DNA of 64,000 bases from Bdellovibrionales bacterium (GTDB taxonomy: Bacteria > Bdellovibrionota > Bdellovibrionia > Bdellovibrionales > Bdellovibrionaceae), in NCBI GenBank assembly GCA_031370005.1, contig JANMPT010000110.1, positions 1 through 64,000 of the forward strand. The letters run 5' to 3'. Positions 10,548-19,993 of this stretch are shown here, piece after piece. A model generated the notes under the pieces. The model was not told the DNA's origin and did not search any database. It saw only the letters and a list, made by a program, of their open reading frames with translations. A program made the position numbers and the translations under genes. The stretch's first letter is position 1, and each line of letters begins with the position of its first letter.

Positions 10548-11525
10548 TCAGAGGGTCTCCGATTCTGGAATGAAAAAGTCACTTCGTCGACCTTCGACTC
10601 TTTCTTTTCTTATATCTGCATTGGGTCCGAAGGGGTGGCCGCCAAAGCCATTTCGCATGACCGCGATGGCCTTGGCCCACTCTTGATTTTTGTCTCGTGA
10701 AGCAAAAAGCTGCATGACGGCCAAACTGATTATAGGTATGGGAACTTCCATATGCAGAGCATCTGAGATCAACCAGTTGACCTCGCCGGTATCCTCCACA
10801 TAAGCAGGTATGCCCTGCTGAGTTTTTGCCCAGCCCTCGCCCAACAATTGAATCAGCCAGGATCTGATGACTGAGCCATGATTCCAACAATTTAAAATTT
10901 CTTGTATTGGCAGTTGATCCTGACCCCGGAACTTTTCAAGAAGATTCACGCCTTCACCTATAGCTTGTAGCATTCCAAATTCGATTCCGTTATGTACAAG
11001 TTTTGTAAAATGGCCTGATCCCGTAGATCCAGTATAGACATAGCCACCGGTGACGGCCAAGTCGCGAAGTAGGGGCTCTATCAGTTGTACGGCCGCCAGG
11101 GGGCCACCGACCATAAAACATGCGCCTTCGCGGGCTCCAGAGACTCCGCCGCTTGTTCCCAAATCTACGAAATTAATGCCGAATGCTTTGAGTCGAGTCG
11201 CCCGGGACACAGAGTCCCCCCAGTAGGAGTTTCCACCATCTACTATCACGTCACCTGCTTCAAGTAATGGGGTCAGTTGCTCAATCAACTGGTCAACAGC
11301 CTTGCCGGCAGGGATGTATAGAAAAAGGACGCGTGGTGGCTTTAGGTTTTGGCAGAGCTCTCCAAGGCTTTTTCTCTCCTGAAGGCCAGCTTGAGTCAGT
11401 TCCGCAGAGATTCCGTCTAGGGTAAATCCAGTCACCTTCCAGTTTTTTCTCATCGCTTGTAGTGCCAACCCACCGCCCATGCGACCGAGTCCGACAACAC
11501 CAAATTCAGTTAATGTTTTTGTCAT
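10548..11525 (-). CDS. gnd: 6-phosphogluconate dehydrogenase, decarboxylating (short YqeC/GntZ type)
   Basis: GLGRMG, DGGNS, GTSGG, GSGHFTKLVHNGIEFG, DTGE, RNGFGGH. Confidence 0.92.
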   Translation of the reverse strand: MTKTLTEFGVVGLGRMGGGLALQAMRKNWKVTGFTLDGISAELTQAGLQERKSLGELCQNLKPPRVLFLYIPAGKAVDQLIEQLTPLLEAGDVIVDGGNSYWGDSVSRATRLKAFGINFVDLGTSGGVSGAREGACFMVGGPLAAVQLIEPLLRDLAVTGGYVYTGSTGSGHFTKLVHNGIEFGMLQAIGEGVNLLEKFRGQDQLPIQEILNCWNHGSVIRSWLIQLLGEGWAKTQQGIPAYVEDTGEVNWLISDALHMEVPIPIISLAVMQLFASRDKNQEWAKAIAVMRNGFGGHPFGPNADIRKERVEGRRSDFFIPESETL

Positions 11526-11592
11526 ATGTTTCTCCTTTATTGTTTTTTTGTCGTTTGCATTTTTTTATTTTCAGTCCTAGTAATAAAGATCT

Positions 11593-11979
11593 ATGAAGAC
11601 AGGTATTGGTTCTAAAGTATGGGCTATTGCTGAAGGTTATATTCCTACATATAGTCAGGGGCCTCAGCCTGAGATGTTGAGTCATGAAACAGCCTGTATT
11701 TTGAATACAAATGACGAAGAGGCTCAGATCGAATTGACTTTGTATTTTAAGGATAGCGAGCCTATAGGCCCCTATAAAATATCGGTACCTGCGCGACGTA
11801 CTTTGCATCTGCGTTTTAATGATCTTAAGGAGCCAGCGGTGGTTCCCTTGGGAACAGATTATTCCAGTGTTTTTACTTCGAATATCCCTGTTGTAATTCA
11901 ACACACGAGATTGGATTCTCGCCAACCTGCCAATGCGCTGCTCAGTACGATCGCCTACTCGGTATCCCATTCTAGTTAG
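11593..11979 (+). CDS. Anabaena sensory rhodopsin transducer (ASRT)-family protein
   Basis: IG.K.WAIAEGYIP, SHETACILN, VPARRTLH, PVVIQHTRLDSRQ. Confidence 0.9.
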   Translation: MKTGIGSKVWAIAEGYIPTYSQGPQPEMLSHETACILNTNDEEAQIELTLYFKDSEPIGPYKISVPARRTLHLRFNDLKEPAVVPLGTDYSSVFTSNIPVVIQHTRLDSRQPANALLSTIAYSVSHSS

Positions 11980-12773
11980 CCCTGTTTCAGAAAACTGGAG
12001 TAAAGCGTCATGCCGCCGTCGATAAAAAGACTTATCCCTGTGATGTAGCGAGCCTCATCAGAAACTAAATAAGAAACAGCCCCTGCCACTTCTTCAGGTG
12101 TTCCTATGCGCTGTTCTGGAATTTTATCCAGAACCACTTTTTTTATAGCTGGCTTATGGATCCATGAATCATTGATAGGTGTTGAAATGGCACCTGGAGC
12201 TATGTTGTTTACACGGATATTCAGTGAAGCAAGTTCTAGGGCCATGGTTTTGGTGAGCATCATAATCCCGCTTTTTGAAGCGCAATAGTGAGCATAGCCA
12301 CCCCAGGGAATTGTCTCGTGGACCGAGGAAATATTAATGATCACACCTGTTTTTCTCTTTGCCATCATCTGAGCTGCAGCGCGTGCGCAGAGGAAGCTGC
12401 CGCGGAGATTGGTATTGATGACAAGATCCCAATCCTTGGTTTTCATTTTTAAAATGGGAGCTTTGCTTTCAAGTCCAGCGTTGTTTACTAGAATATCTAA
12501 ACGTTTTTGGTCACTAGTAATTTTTTGAAACATTTTTTTAATGTCTGACTCTTTGCTAATATCAGCACGAATAGGAATTCCTAAGCCACCTTTGGCTTGA
12601 ATTTGTGCGGCGAGAGATTTTGCCTTACTTGCTTGCCCGCGATAGTTGATATAAACGATGGCGCCTTCAGAGGCCAGGCGTTGTGCAATGGCTTTGCCTA
12701 TTCCGGAGCTGGCTCCGGTGACTAAGGCTACTCGATTTGTCAAAGAACCTAGAGTAGAATTTTGCATTTTCAT
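11976..12773 (-). CDS. glucose 1-dehydrogenase-like SDR oxidoreductase
   Basis: TGASSGIG, NNAG, SSVHETIPW, YCASK, PGAISTPIN. Confidence 0.88.
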   Translation of the reverse strand: MKMQNSTLGSLTNRVALVTGASSGIGKAIAQRLASEGAIVYINYRGQASKAKSLAAQIQAKGGLGIPIRADISKESDIKKMFQKITSDQKRLDILVNNAGLESKAPILKMKTKDWDLVINTNLRGSFLCARAAAQMMAKRKTGVIINISSVHETIPWGGYAHYCASKSGIMMLTKTMALELASLNIRVNNIAPGAISTPINDSWIHKPAIKKVVLDKIPEQRIGTPEEVAGAVSYLVSDEARYITGISLFIDGGMTLYSSFLKQG

Positions 12774-12788
12774 AAATTGAACTTCCTT

Positions 12789-14363
12789 TTATCGAATAAG
12801 TTTGAACCACAAACGGGCAGCGTTTTCAAATCGCGGACTTAATTTTGTTTTGACGTATGCATCTCCGGCCTTAGGAATTGCCTCAGCCTGCGTGGGATAA
12901 GAGTGAATTACTTTTTCTAGATCTGCGAGCCCTAAACCCATCACCATTGCGAGAGAGACCTCATTGATCATTTCACCAGCATGGCGGGCCACGATTGTGG
13001 CTCCTAAAATTTGATCGGTTCCCTCGCGAACATGTACTTTGACAAAGCCAGTTTCCTCTCCATCAATGATGGAACGATCTATTTGATGCATTAAAATTGT
13101 ATAGGATTTAATTGGCAGATCTTTGGCTCGAGCATCTCGAACATAAACGCCGACGTGTGCCACCTCGGGATCTGTATATGTGCACCACGGAATTACTAAT
13201 TTAGAAATTCTTTTATGTTTCCGAAAAAGAGCATTTTGAATAACAATTCGCGCAGCAGCCGATGCTGCGTGCGTGTACATAAAATCGGAGCAAACATCGC
13301 CGGCGGCAAAAACGCGGGGATTTGTAGTCTGAAGAAAGTCGTTTACCATGATGCCATTTTTCAAATTAAAGTGAATATTGGCATTTTCCAAGCCCAGGCC
13401 TTCGACATTGCGGGTCCGGCCGACTCCGGTTAAAATTTCATCGACAGCAACAACTTCTGTATTATTTTGATTGCTAAGTTCAACAAGCTTTTCTTTTCCG
13501 TGAAGAGAGATTTTACTAACTGTCGTATTGAGTCGAAGTTGCATTCCATCTTTTGCAAAAGAATCAGACAGCAACTGTGCGGCATCACGCTCTTCATTGG
13601 GAAGAAACAGAGTTTTATTTTGAACGACTATGACTTTCGCGCCCAAGCGCTGAAAAGCTTGAGCGAACTCGCAGCCTAAAGGGCCGCCGCCAATGACCAT
13701 TAAGCGCTTTGGTAGTTCGTTGAGGTTAAAAACAGTTTCATTCGTTATATAACCAGACTCCGCAAGCCCCGGTATATTTGGCGTCGCTGGTCGAGAACCA
13801 GTGGCAACCAAGGCTTTTTTAAATCGAAGAATCAGATGATTAACTTTTATTGTTTTTTCATCCTTGAAAGTCGCTTCGCCAAAAAATACATCAACGCCAA
13901 GGTCACGAAACCTTTCTGCTGAGTCATGGCGGCCAATGCGTGCGCGGATTTTGCGAATGCGCTCCATGACCTTAGGGAAATCCACTTCGAAATTCTCTAA
14001 TGGCAGGTTGCCTTGAACGCCGTAGCTAGCGGCATAGCGAATGTCTGAACAAACTCTCCCGGCACGGGCTAGGGTCTTAGATGGGATACAGGCGACATTG
14101 AGACAATTTCCGCCCAGAAAGCTGCGCTCAATTAATGCAACTTTTGCACCGAATCGGGCGGCCTCTGCGGCGGCCACGAGTCCCGCCGTCCCGCCGCCAA
14201 TGATAACCAAATTATAACACTTGGCTGGGATTGGATTGACCCAATCCTCGGGGTGGACTTCTTTAATTAAATTTTGATTAAAGAGGTCATCGAATAAAGG
14301 TGGCTCCTGAGGCAGTTCCCAGTGAAAGTAAGCTTTCTTCATGAGCTTTTGCCTTCGAGCCAT
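12789..14363 (-). CDS. FAD-dependent pyridine nucleotide-disulfide oxidoreductase (mercuric reductase/LpdA-like)
   Basis: GGGTAG, GGNCLNVACIPSK redox disulfide, GGGPLG, C-terminal HSYPTQAE; lacks MerA C-terminal CC; start may be 14342. Confidence 0.9.
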   Translation of the reverse strand: MARRQKLMKKAYFHWELPQEPPLFDDLFNQNLIKEVHPEDWVNPIPAKCYNLVIIGGGTAGLVAAAEAARFGAKVALIERSFLGGNCLNVACIPSKTLARAGRVCSDIRYAASYGVQGNLPLENFEVDFPKVMERIRKIRARIGRHDSAERFRDLGVDVFFGEATFKDEKTIKVNHLILRFKKALVATGSRPATPNIPGLAESGYITNETVFNLNELPKRLMVIGGGPLGCEFAQAFQRLGAKVIVVQNKTLFLPNEERDAAQLLSDSFAKDGMQLRLNTTVSKISLHGKEKLVELSNQNNTEVVAVDEILTGVGRTRNVEGLGLENANIHFNLKNGIMVNDFLQTTNPRVFAAGDVCSDFMYTHAASAAARIVIQNALFRKHKRISKLVIPWCTYTDPEVAHVGVYVRDARAKDLPIKSYTILMHQIDRSIIDGEETGFVKVHVREGTDQILGATIVARHAGEMINEVSLAMVMGLGLADLEKVIHSYPTQAEAIPKAGDAYVKTKLSPRFENAARLWFKLIR

Positions 14364-15628
14364 CCGCCACTAAAGCCGGCGCGGGTAAGGCCTCTTTGAA
14401 GAATTCGAGATTTTTTCATTAGATTCCAAACTAGCCCGCTTTGAGCGTTTTCAATCATCATAATAATGATCCCGACATCCATGGCGTAGAAACGTTCTAG
14501 AAACCAAACAGGATTAATGCTCATATTGAAGCTGCACTTAAAACCATATTTGCCTCGCAATTGGGGATAAGTTTGGTGCAGGTGGTTGATAGCGTCGAAG
14601 GCGCTGTCGGGATCAAAAGGTAAGCTTGCGACACAGGCCCAAGGCGCAATCGTGCCATCATCTGGCCCATAAGGAACACCCCGCGCGGAGTAGCCAAAAA
14701 ATACGACCTCATCCCCTGATCGAAACTGTTTGTAATAGTCTGGCCCGGCGTCTGCAGTGATGCCCCAGCAGTTTTTTCCGTAGCCAATAAAATTTTTTGG
14801 ATTACGAATGCAATAGGCGCGTTGCACTTGAATGGCACGACGGGTGTTCTCAAAGTAGTCGATTTTTTTTGCGTGCATAAATTTGTCGCGGATATCACGG
14901 AAGTCGATCCAAGCATGCGAAAAAAGATGAATAAAAAATGGACCTGCATACAAGAAGTCGACATCGTAGATGTTTTCCCATTGGTAGGTCGATGACCAGG
15001 CTTCAAAGCTTTTTTTAGACACGGCAAAGTTATCCGATCCGAGCGCCAAACAATAAAGCAATAAAGCTTCACTGTAGCCTTCCCAATCATAGTGAATAAA
15101 ACTGGACTCAGGACGCCAGCCGTGTGAAAGAGCAGCTCGCTCATCGAGGGCCCAGCGCCAGTCTACCCGATTCAGTATGCCAGAGGCGAGTTTTTGAATT
15201 TCTACTTCTGATTCATTTTTTTGCTTAAAATACTCAGCAGTGCAGATGACTCCTGCCAATAAAAAACCTGTATCAATAATTGAAAGTTCACTTTTCCAGG
15301 TTCGGCACCCGGTTTTCATATCTAAGAAATGATAGTAAAAACCTTTGTACCCAGTTGCATTAAGTTTTTCACTTTGCTCGCTTTCGAAGAAAAATTTCAA
15401 AGTCACAAGGGTGCGTTTGACGGCCTCTTCGCGGCTAAGTAGTTTTTTTTCAACTGCGACAGGGTAGCTGCTCAGAGCAAAACCAACTCCGGTGATACTG
15501 GCGGGCGCATTATTTTCATCGGTATCTGGGATTAAACCATTATTAGGATTATATAAATCCAAAAAGTATTGAAACGATTTTTTTTGCAATTCATTTAAAA
15601 AATTAGTTTGTTCAGTTGCATTTCTCAT
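14339..15628 (-). CDS. 'glucoamylase-family' (DUF3131/GH144-like) glycoside hydrolase
   Basis: ASITGVGFAL, GFYYHFLD, ELSIIDT, GWRPE, GYSEA, FIHLFSHAWIDFR, WGITA, DDGTIAP. Confidence 0.88.
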   Translation of the reverse strand: MRNATEQTNFLNELQKKSFQYFLDLYNPNNGLIPDTDENNAPASITGVGFALSSYPVAVEKKLLSREEAVKRTLVTLKFFFESEQSEKLNATGYKGFYYHFLDMKTGCRTWKSELSIIDTGFLLAGVICTAEYFKQKNESEVEIQKLASGILNRVDWRWALDERAALSHGWRPESSFIHYDWEGYSEALLLYCLALGSDNFAVSKKSFEAWSSTYQWENIYDVDFLYAGPFFIHLFSHAWIDFRDIRDKFMHAKKIDYFENTRRAIQVQRAYCIRNPKNFIGYGKNCWGITADAGPDYYKQFRSGDEVVFFGYSARGVPYGPDDGTIAPWACVASLPFDPDSAFDAINHLHQTYPQLRGKYGFKCSFNMSINPVWFLERFYAMDVGIIIMMIENAQSGLVWNLMKKSRILQRGLTRAGFSGGWLEGKSS

Positions 15629-17097
15629 TGTTGCTTTGCTCGACGTCTAGAAAAAACCAATGTGACTGCGGCCACGCCAAAAGGCGGCAGAATAAGATCA
15701 AAGGATAAGTCACCTTTAAAAAACTTGTACGGCTGAGTTTTCACCAAAAGTTCGGAGATTTTTTTTAGTTTTTCAACTTGCTTCGGCGTGGGATATTCGG
15801 GACATCCTAGCTTCCGCCAGGCTCCTGCGGCATTGGCATTTTTTTCGTCGATGCGCCTAAGTTTTGTTTCTTTGATTTTTGGAACGCCTGAGAACTTAAA
15901 ACACACTTTTTCAGTTTGAAGAGGGTGTTTTGGTAGAGCGAAGTTAACAGCTAGGACTGTCATGGATTGCTTATCCTGAACGGCCCACGCGCTAACTGTG
16001 GTTGAAGATCCTACAAGTGGGATAATCTGATTTCCTAAAGAGTGTAAGATCTCAAAGGCTCGATAGGCAGGCTTTGCAATGCCGTGAATGTTCATCAAGC
16101 CAAATCCGCCATGGAAGGGCGTTGAAGGAAAATAATTTTCCTCAAAAATATCGCTGAAAGTCCAATAACTATAGGCCTTCACCAAGCCATGCGCTTCCAT
16201 TATAGTTTTGGTGATAAAGGCCGCTGCATAAGGCTCATCGTGGAGACTATCTCGGGGGTTAGAGGAAGTACTCCATTCGGTATAGTAAACACTCAGCGGT
16301 GCCGCCTGTTGTGCCGCGAGGAAAGCCTGGTCTTTTAGCACGCTTGGAGTACTTAGTGAAAGCTGTGTTATTGTATCGTCGCCCTCTTTACCAAAGGCAT
16401 CAGTGGGGTAGTGGTGCGTAGAAATAAAATCAACAGGCGCTTTCTCATTTTTACAGAACGTCAAAAATTCAGGAATCCAAGCATTTGCTGCCGTTGCAGG
16501 GCCTCCGACTTGTAGTTTTGGGTGAATACTTTTGATTGCCCGAGCTGTGGCCGCGTAAAAATGGAAATATTCGATTTGGCTGGCTGTCCAGAAAGCCTTC
16601 AGATTAGGCTCATTCCATACTTCAAAGAACCAAGATGAAACTTCTTTAATTCCGTATCTCTTAACCAATTGAGAGATTAGTTTTTTAATGAGCAAATTCC
16701 AATCGTCAATAGACTTTGGCGGCGTTATATTGCCTTTATAATGAAAGACGGTGTCACCGCCTGAAGATAAAGTGCTTGGCATAAAGCTAAGTTCGACAAA
16801 AGGTTTCATGCCAATAGAAATCAAAAAATCAATGATCTGATTTAAATTGTGAAATGAGAAAATAAATTTATTTTGATTGCAAATCAAAGTCCCCATGTCA
16901 TCAGAAAGAATTCCGTGAAAACGCACATATTTAAAACCCAATTCACGGTGAGCTCTTGCTAGCTGCTCTTGCCAATCGGATCTAAGTGCTAAGGTTGCAT
17001 GGCCGCTTCCAATTGTGTGTTCCCAAAAATGAGAAAAAGGCTGACTCTTTGAGGACTCTATCTGACCTTTAAAGTGAATCATTAAATGCTCCAGCAA
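15625..17097 (-). CDS. GH39 beta-xylosidase-family glycoside hydrolase
   Basis: YVRFHGI, PFVELSFMP, FEVWNEPN (acid/base), YTEW (nucleophile), YWTFSDIFEE. Confidence 0.93.
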   Translation of the reverse strand: MLEHLMIHFKGQIESSKSQPFSHFWEHTIGSGHATLALRSDWQEQLARAHRELGFKYVRFHGILSDDMGTLICNQNKFIFSFHNLNQIIDFLISIGMKPFVELSFMPSTLSSGGDTVFHYKGNITPPKSIDDWNLLIKKLISQLVKRYGIKEVSSWFFEVWNEPNLKAFWTASQIEYFHFYAATARAIKSIHPKLQVGGPATAANAWIPEFLTFCKNEKAPVDFISTHHYPTDAFGKEGDDTITQLSLSTPSVLKDQAFLAAQQAAPLSVYYTEWSTSSNPRDSLHDEPYAAAFITKTIMEAHGLVKAYSYWTFSDIFEENYFPSTPFHGGFGLMNIHGIAKPAYRAFEILHSLGNQIIPLVGSSTTVSAWAVQDKQSMTVLAVNFALPKHPLQTEKVCFKFSGVPKIKETKLRRIDEKNANAAGAWRKLGCPEYPTPKQVEKLKKISELLVKTQPYKFFKGDLSFDLILPPFGVAAVTLVFSRRRAKQQ

Positions 17098-17447
17098 GAA
17101 CGAATACCTATTTCTTTAACTTTGCCACATTCAAAATTAGCAGAGGCCGACAAGACTGTATTTTATTTTTTTAGTCACAACATCCTGAGATACCGACGCC
17201 TATATGATGAAATAATCCAGCATGTTTTTTTTGGCATGAACGAAAGATTATTTATTAGTGTAATTTGTCGCCATATCGCCCTTGAAATAGGCAGATTACT
17301 TGTAGGTATATTTTGCAAATGATGGTCATGAGTTTGTTTAAATAGTTGGAAATTTTCGGTTTTGTCATTTTTTCATCGATTTAGCATATTGTGTCATTCA
17401 TTGTTTTAGGTTATAACCTTCTTTCTGCTTAACGAACGAAAAAATTT

Positions 17448-18032
17448 ATGGGGAGGCTTAGCACTGTGATTGATTCAACAGGGATAAATCCGAACGCTAT
17501 TGAAGAAGAATTGATGGAAGAGCTCGATGAGGAACTTGATGGGGACCTCGATGGGGACCTCGATGGGGACGAAGAAGCCGTAGACCAATTTGGTGACGAA
17601 ACTCTTGCTGCTGAGGCCCTTGAAGGTAATTTAAGTTTGAATTCTTTGAACCAGTTTGGTGAAGAAGAAGACATGAACTTAGATGAAATCGATAATATCC
17701 TTGAACTTACCGACGACAAATATCCAAAGTTTACGCTGGCGAAAAATAAAGCTCGTTTTTTGCGTATGGTGAGCTGGTACCGCGCAAAAGAAGAGTGGAT
17801 CGAAGTTGCTCCCTTGAGTGGTGTTACGAAGCTCTTCAAGCAACAAACTAAAGAGTTGGAGGGCATCCGTTCTTCTAAGCTCGATTATGAAATGGAGCTT
17901 GAGACTGGAACTCTGACGCCTTCCCAAAGGTCTTACCGCCGTGACGAATTAAAGATGTGCCGTGTTCAAGAAAAAATGGCAGTTCATTTAATCTCTAAGT
18001 TACAAGTTAAGATCAAAAGCGGCCGTAGGTAA
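17448..18032 (+). CDS. hypothetical protein, highly acidic N-terminal half and basic helical C-terminal half
   Basis: 194-aa ORF, codon choice suggestive of a well-expressed gene, long AT-rich upstream region. Confidence 0.8.
   Translation: MGRLSTVIDSTGINPNAIEEELMEELDEELDGDLDGDLDGDEEAVDQFGDETLAAEALEGNLSLNSLNQFGEEEDMNLDEIDNILELTDDKYPKFTLAKNKARFLRMVSWYRAKEEWIEVAPLSGVTKLFKQQTKELEGIRSSKLDYEMELETGTLTPSQRSYRRDELKMCRVQEKMAVHLISKLQVKIKSGRR
17538..17570 (+). repeat. in-frame 12-bp tandem repeat (GATGGGGACCTC x2.75, DGDL)
   Basis: Read directly from the sequence. Confidence 0.9.
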
Positions 18033-18037
18033 TTAGC

Positions 18038-18766
18038 TCACTTCACGGCGTTGATCAAAGCGCCACCTTTAAGCATATCAACTATTTTATCTCGCAAGTT
18101 CAAGGTCACCGCTGGGCATCCCCAGCTGCGGCCTTGAATGAGGTCTGCTTCTGCGACGTAGCTTGCCCCATGGATTACAATCGCGCGGCTGCGAGCATTT
18201 GAGTTCGTCGATGATTTGCCATCAAGTCGTAAGGACAAGCCATGGTCACCGTAGTAGGTTTCAGCCGTCATATAGAAACCTAAAGAACTTGCGTTGGAAC
18301 CAGCGGCATTACTGAATTTTTTAGCATAACCGTCATGGTTGCTATCAGAGCCCTTTCCGTGAGCCACATGAATGGCTTGAACAGCTCCGGTTTTCATATC
18401 AACAATATAAAAACGTTTTTCTTTCGAGTTCTGAGCAAAGTTAATCACAGCAATATAATTTTTATTATCAAGACTGGATTTGTTTTGCTCGAAGTACACA
18501 ACGGTGTCAGCCAAGGCTTTACTTGGAACAATTTTATTTGGATCAAGGTAGTCATATTTCGCAAGAATGGCTTCGCGCTCTGTCTGGCTGGGCTCTGGTA
18601 AGGTCGGTGCCGTCGTGTTCCTGTTCTCTTTGTCGGGGAGTCCGTTCGTTGGTTGTTCTCGGGAAGGATCATCGTTTAACCTCGGAGTATCAAAGGTGTT
18701 GCCACATGCTGTAAGGCTGAACATCGTACAAAAAACCATAACTTCCTTTGATAATTTTCGTAACAT
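18038..18766 (-). CDS. murein L,D-transpeptidase catalytic domain lipoprotein (YkuD_2)
   Basis: Lipobox LTAC, VAHGKGS, SSLGFY, IVIHGASY, GRSWGCPA. Confidence 0.92.
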   Translation of the reverse strand: MLRKLSKEVMVFCTMFSLTACGNTFDTPRLNDDPSREQPTNGLPDKENRNTTAPTLPEPSQTEREAILAKYDYLDPNKIVPSKALADTVVYFEQNKSSLDNKNYIAVINFAQNSKEKRFYIVDMKTGAVQAIHVAHGKGSDSNHDGYAKKFSNAAGSNASSLGFYMTAETYYGDHGLSLRLDGKSSTNSNARSRAIVIHGASYVAEADLIQGRSWGCPAVTLNLRDKIVDMLKGGALINAVK

Positions 18767-18973
18767 GCAGTCTCCAGTGAATGAATTTAGTGCTTTAAAA
18801 AAGGCTACAAGAGAGCGGCAAGACAGAGGCGAGAATTGCTGACTAAACAGTCAAAATTAAGACTTAAGGCGGAGAGAAAGTACGATCTAAGTCCCATGAA
18901 TAAACGAATAGGTAGCTAGCCTTGAAGGTGTGCCCATGATAAGATCCCTTATGTATTCAGAGTTTGAAACATT

Positions 18974-19993
18974 ATGAAAAAAATCTGGCTTGTCTTTTTA
19001 TTGCTGTTGTTTTCACTCAGGGCTTTGGCTGACAAATCCTTGGCCTTCGATAATGATTGGGCAAGAGGCTATGTTCAATCCATTGATAGTGCCAAGACAC
19101 TGACTGTGATTACTGCCTATTCTGAATTTCGTTTGGGTGAAATACTTGTGGTGCAAAGCCATGACCAAACACAGGATATTATTGGTTTTGTGCAAATTGT
19201 AAGCATCGAGACTCGTGGGGATGGTCAGTATTTTTTAAAAGTCCGTCTGGTTCGACACTCAAAATTTTCAATGATTCAACTTGGTGATGTTCTCTACAAG
19301 ATGGACTTTAACACCTTCCACCAGGAATATCGTGGCACAACAGAACTGATCATGAGAAACGAGGACCTGGGGTCTTCTTCTAGTTATAAATCCCTTATTT
19401 TTATGGGGCTCAGCGCGGGAGAGACTGCCCAAACTTTGCGTGACAATGAGTTTCTAATAAATATCCTTGGTTATCTGGACTATGGCGTAACCTCAAGATT
19501 CACTCTTGGGACCCTTTTGCCAGCGGATTTGTTTTCAGCTCCCAATATTCATGGAAAATACAGAGTCTATTTGTCGGATTCCAGCGTAGTTTCATTGGGG
19601 CTTAATTACTTTCAGTCTCCAGACACTTCCAGCGGCATTATAAATATGAGCTTATACTGGGATTCGGTTTCTTCTGAAAGTGTAATTGCCCATACCAATC
19701 TTTCTTTGGCTCTAGCGACTTTTGATAAGGCCAAAAATCTGACTGCACTTAAAGGGGCTGGAACAAGTTCTCTACAATCAGGTTATGAATTTATTATGGA
19801 TGACTGGAATCGCGTTCTTGTGGGCCCAAGTTATAACTTTGAGAATAAATCCGTCGGTGGCTATCTGTCTTATATTTGGATTTGGGATAGCTTTCATCTT
19901 CTTGCGGGTGTTAGCACAACAGATATTTCTAATGCGATCTATAATATCGAAAAAGGTTATTACTTCAATATAGATATGTATTGGAGATTCTGA
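18974..19993 (+). CDS. hypothetical exported / outer-membrane beta-barrel protein
   Basis: Signal peptide (ALA), amphipathic beta strands, C-terminal YWRF. Confidence 0.7.
   Translation: MKKIWLVFLLLLFSLRALADKSLAFDNDWARGYVQSIDSAKTLTVITAYSEFRLGEILVVQSHDQTQDIIGFVQIVSIETRGDGQYFLKVRLVRHSKFSMIQLGDVLYKMDFNTFHQEYRGTTELIMRNEDLGSSSSYKSLIFMGLSAGETAQTLRDNEFLINILGYLDYGVTSRFTLGTLLPADLFSAPNIHGKYRVYLSDSSVVSLGLNYFQSPDTSSGIINMSLYWDSVSSESVIAHTNLSLALATFDKAKNLTALKGAGTSSLQSGYEFIMDDWNRVLVGPSYNFENKSVGGYLSYIWIWDSFHLLAGVSTTDISNAIYNIEKGYYFNIDMYWRF

Noticed and set aside
12789..14363. merA mercury-resistance call
   Set aside because: No C-terminal Cys pair, no N-terminal HMA domain, no mer neighbours
17538..17570. CRISPR-like repeat
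   Set aside because: Contiguous in-frame 12-mer with no spacers and no cas genes
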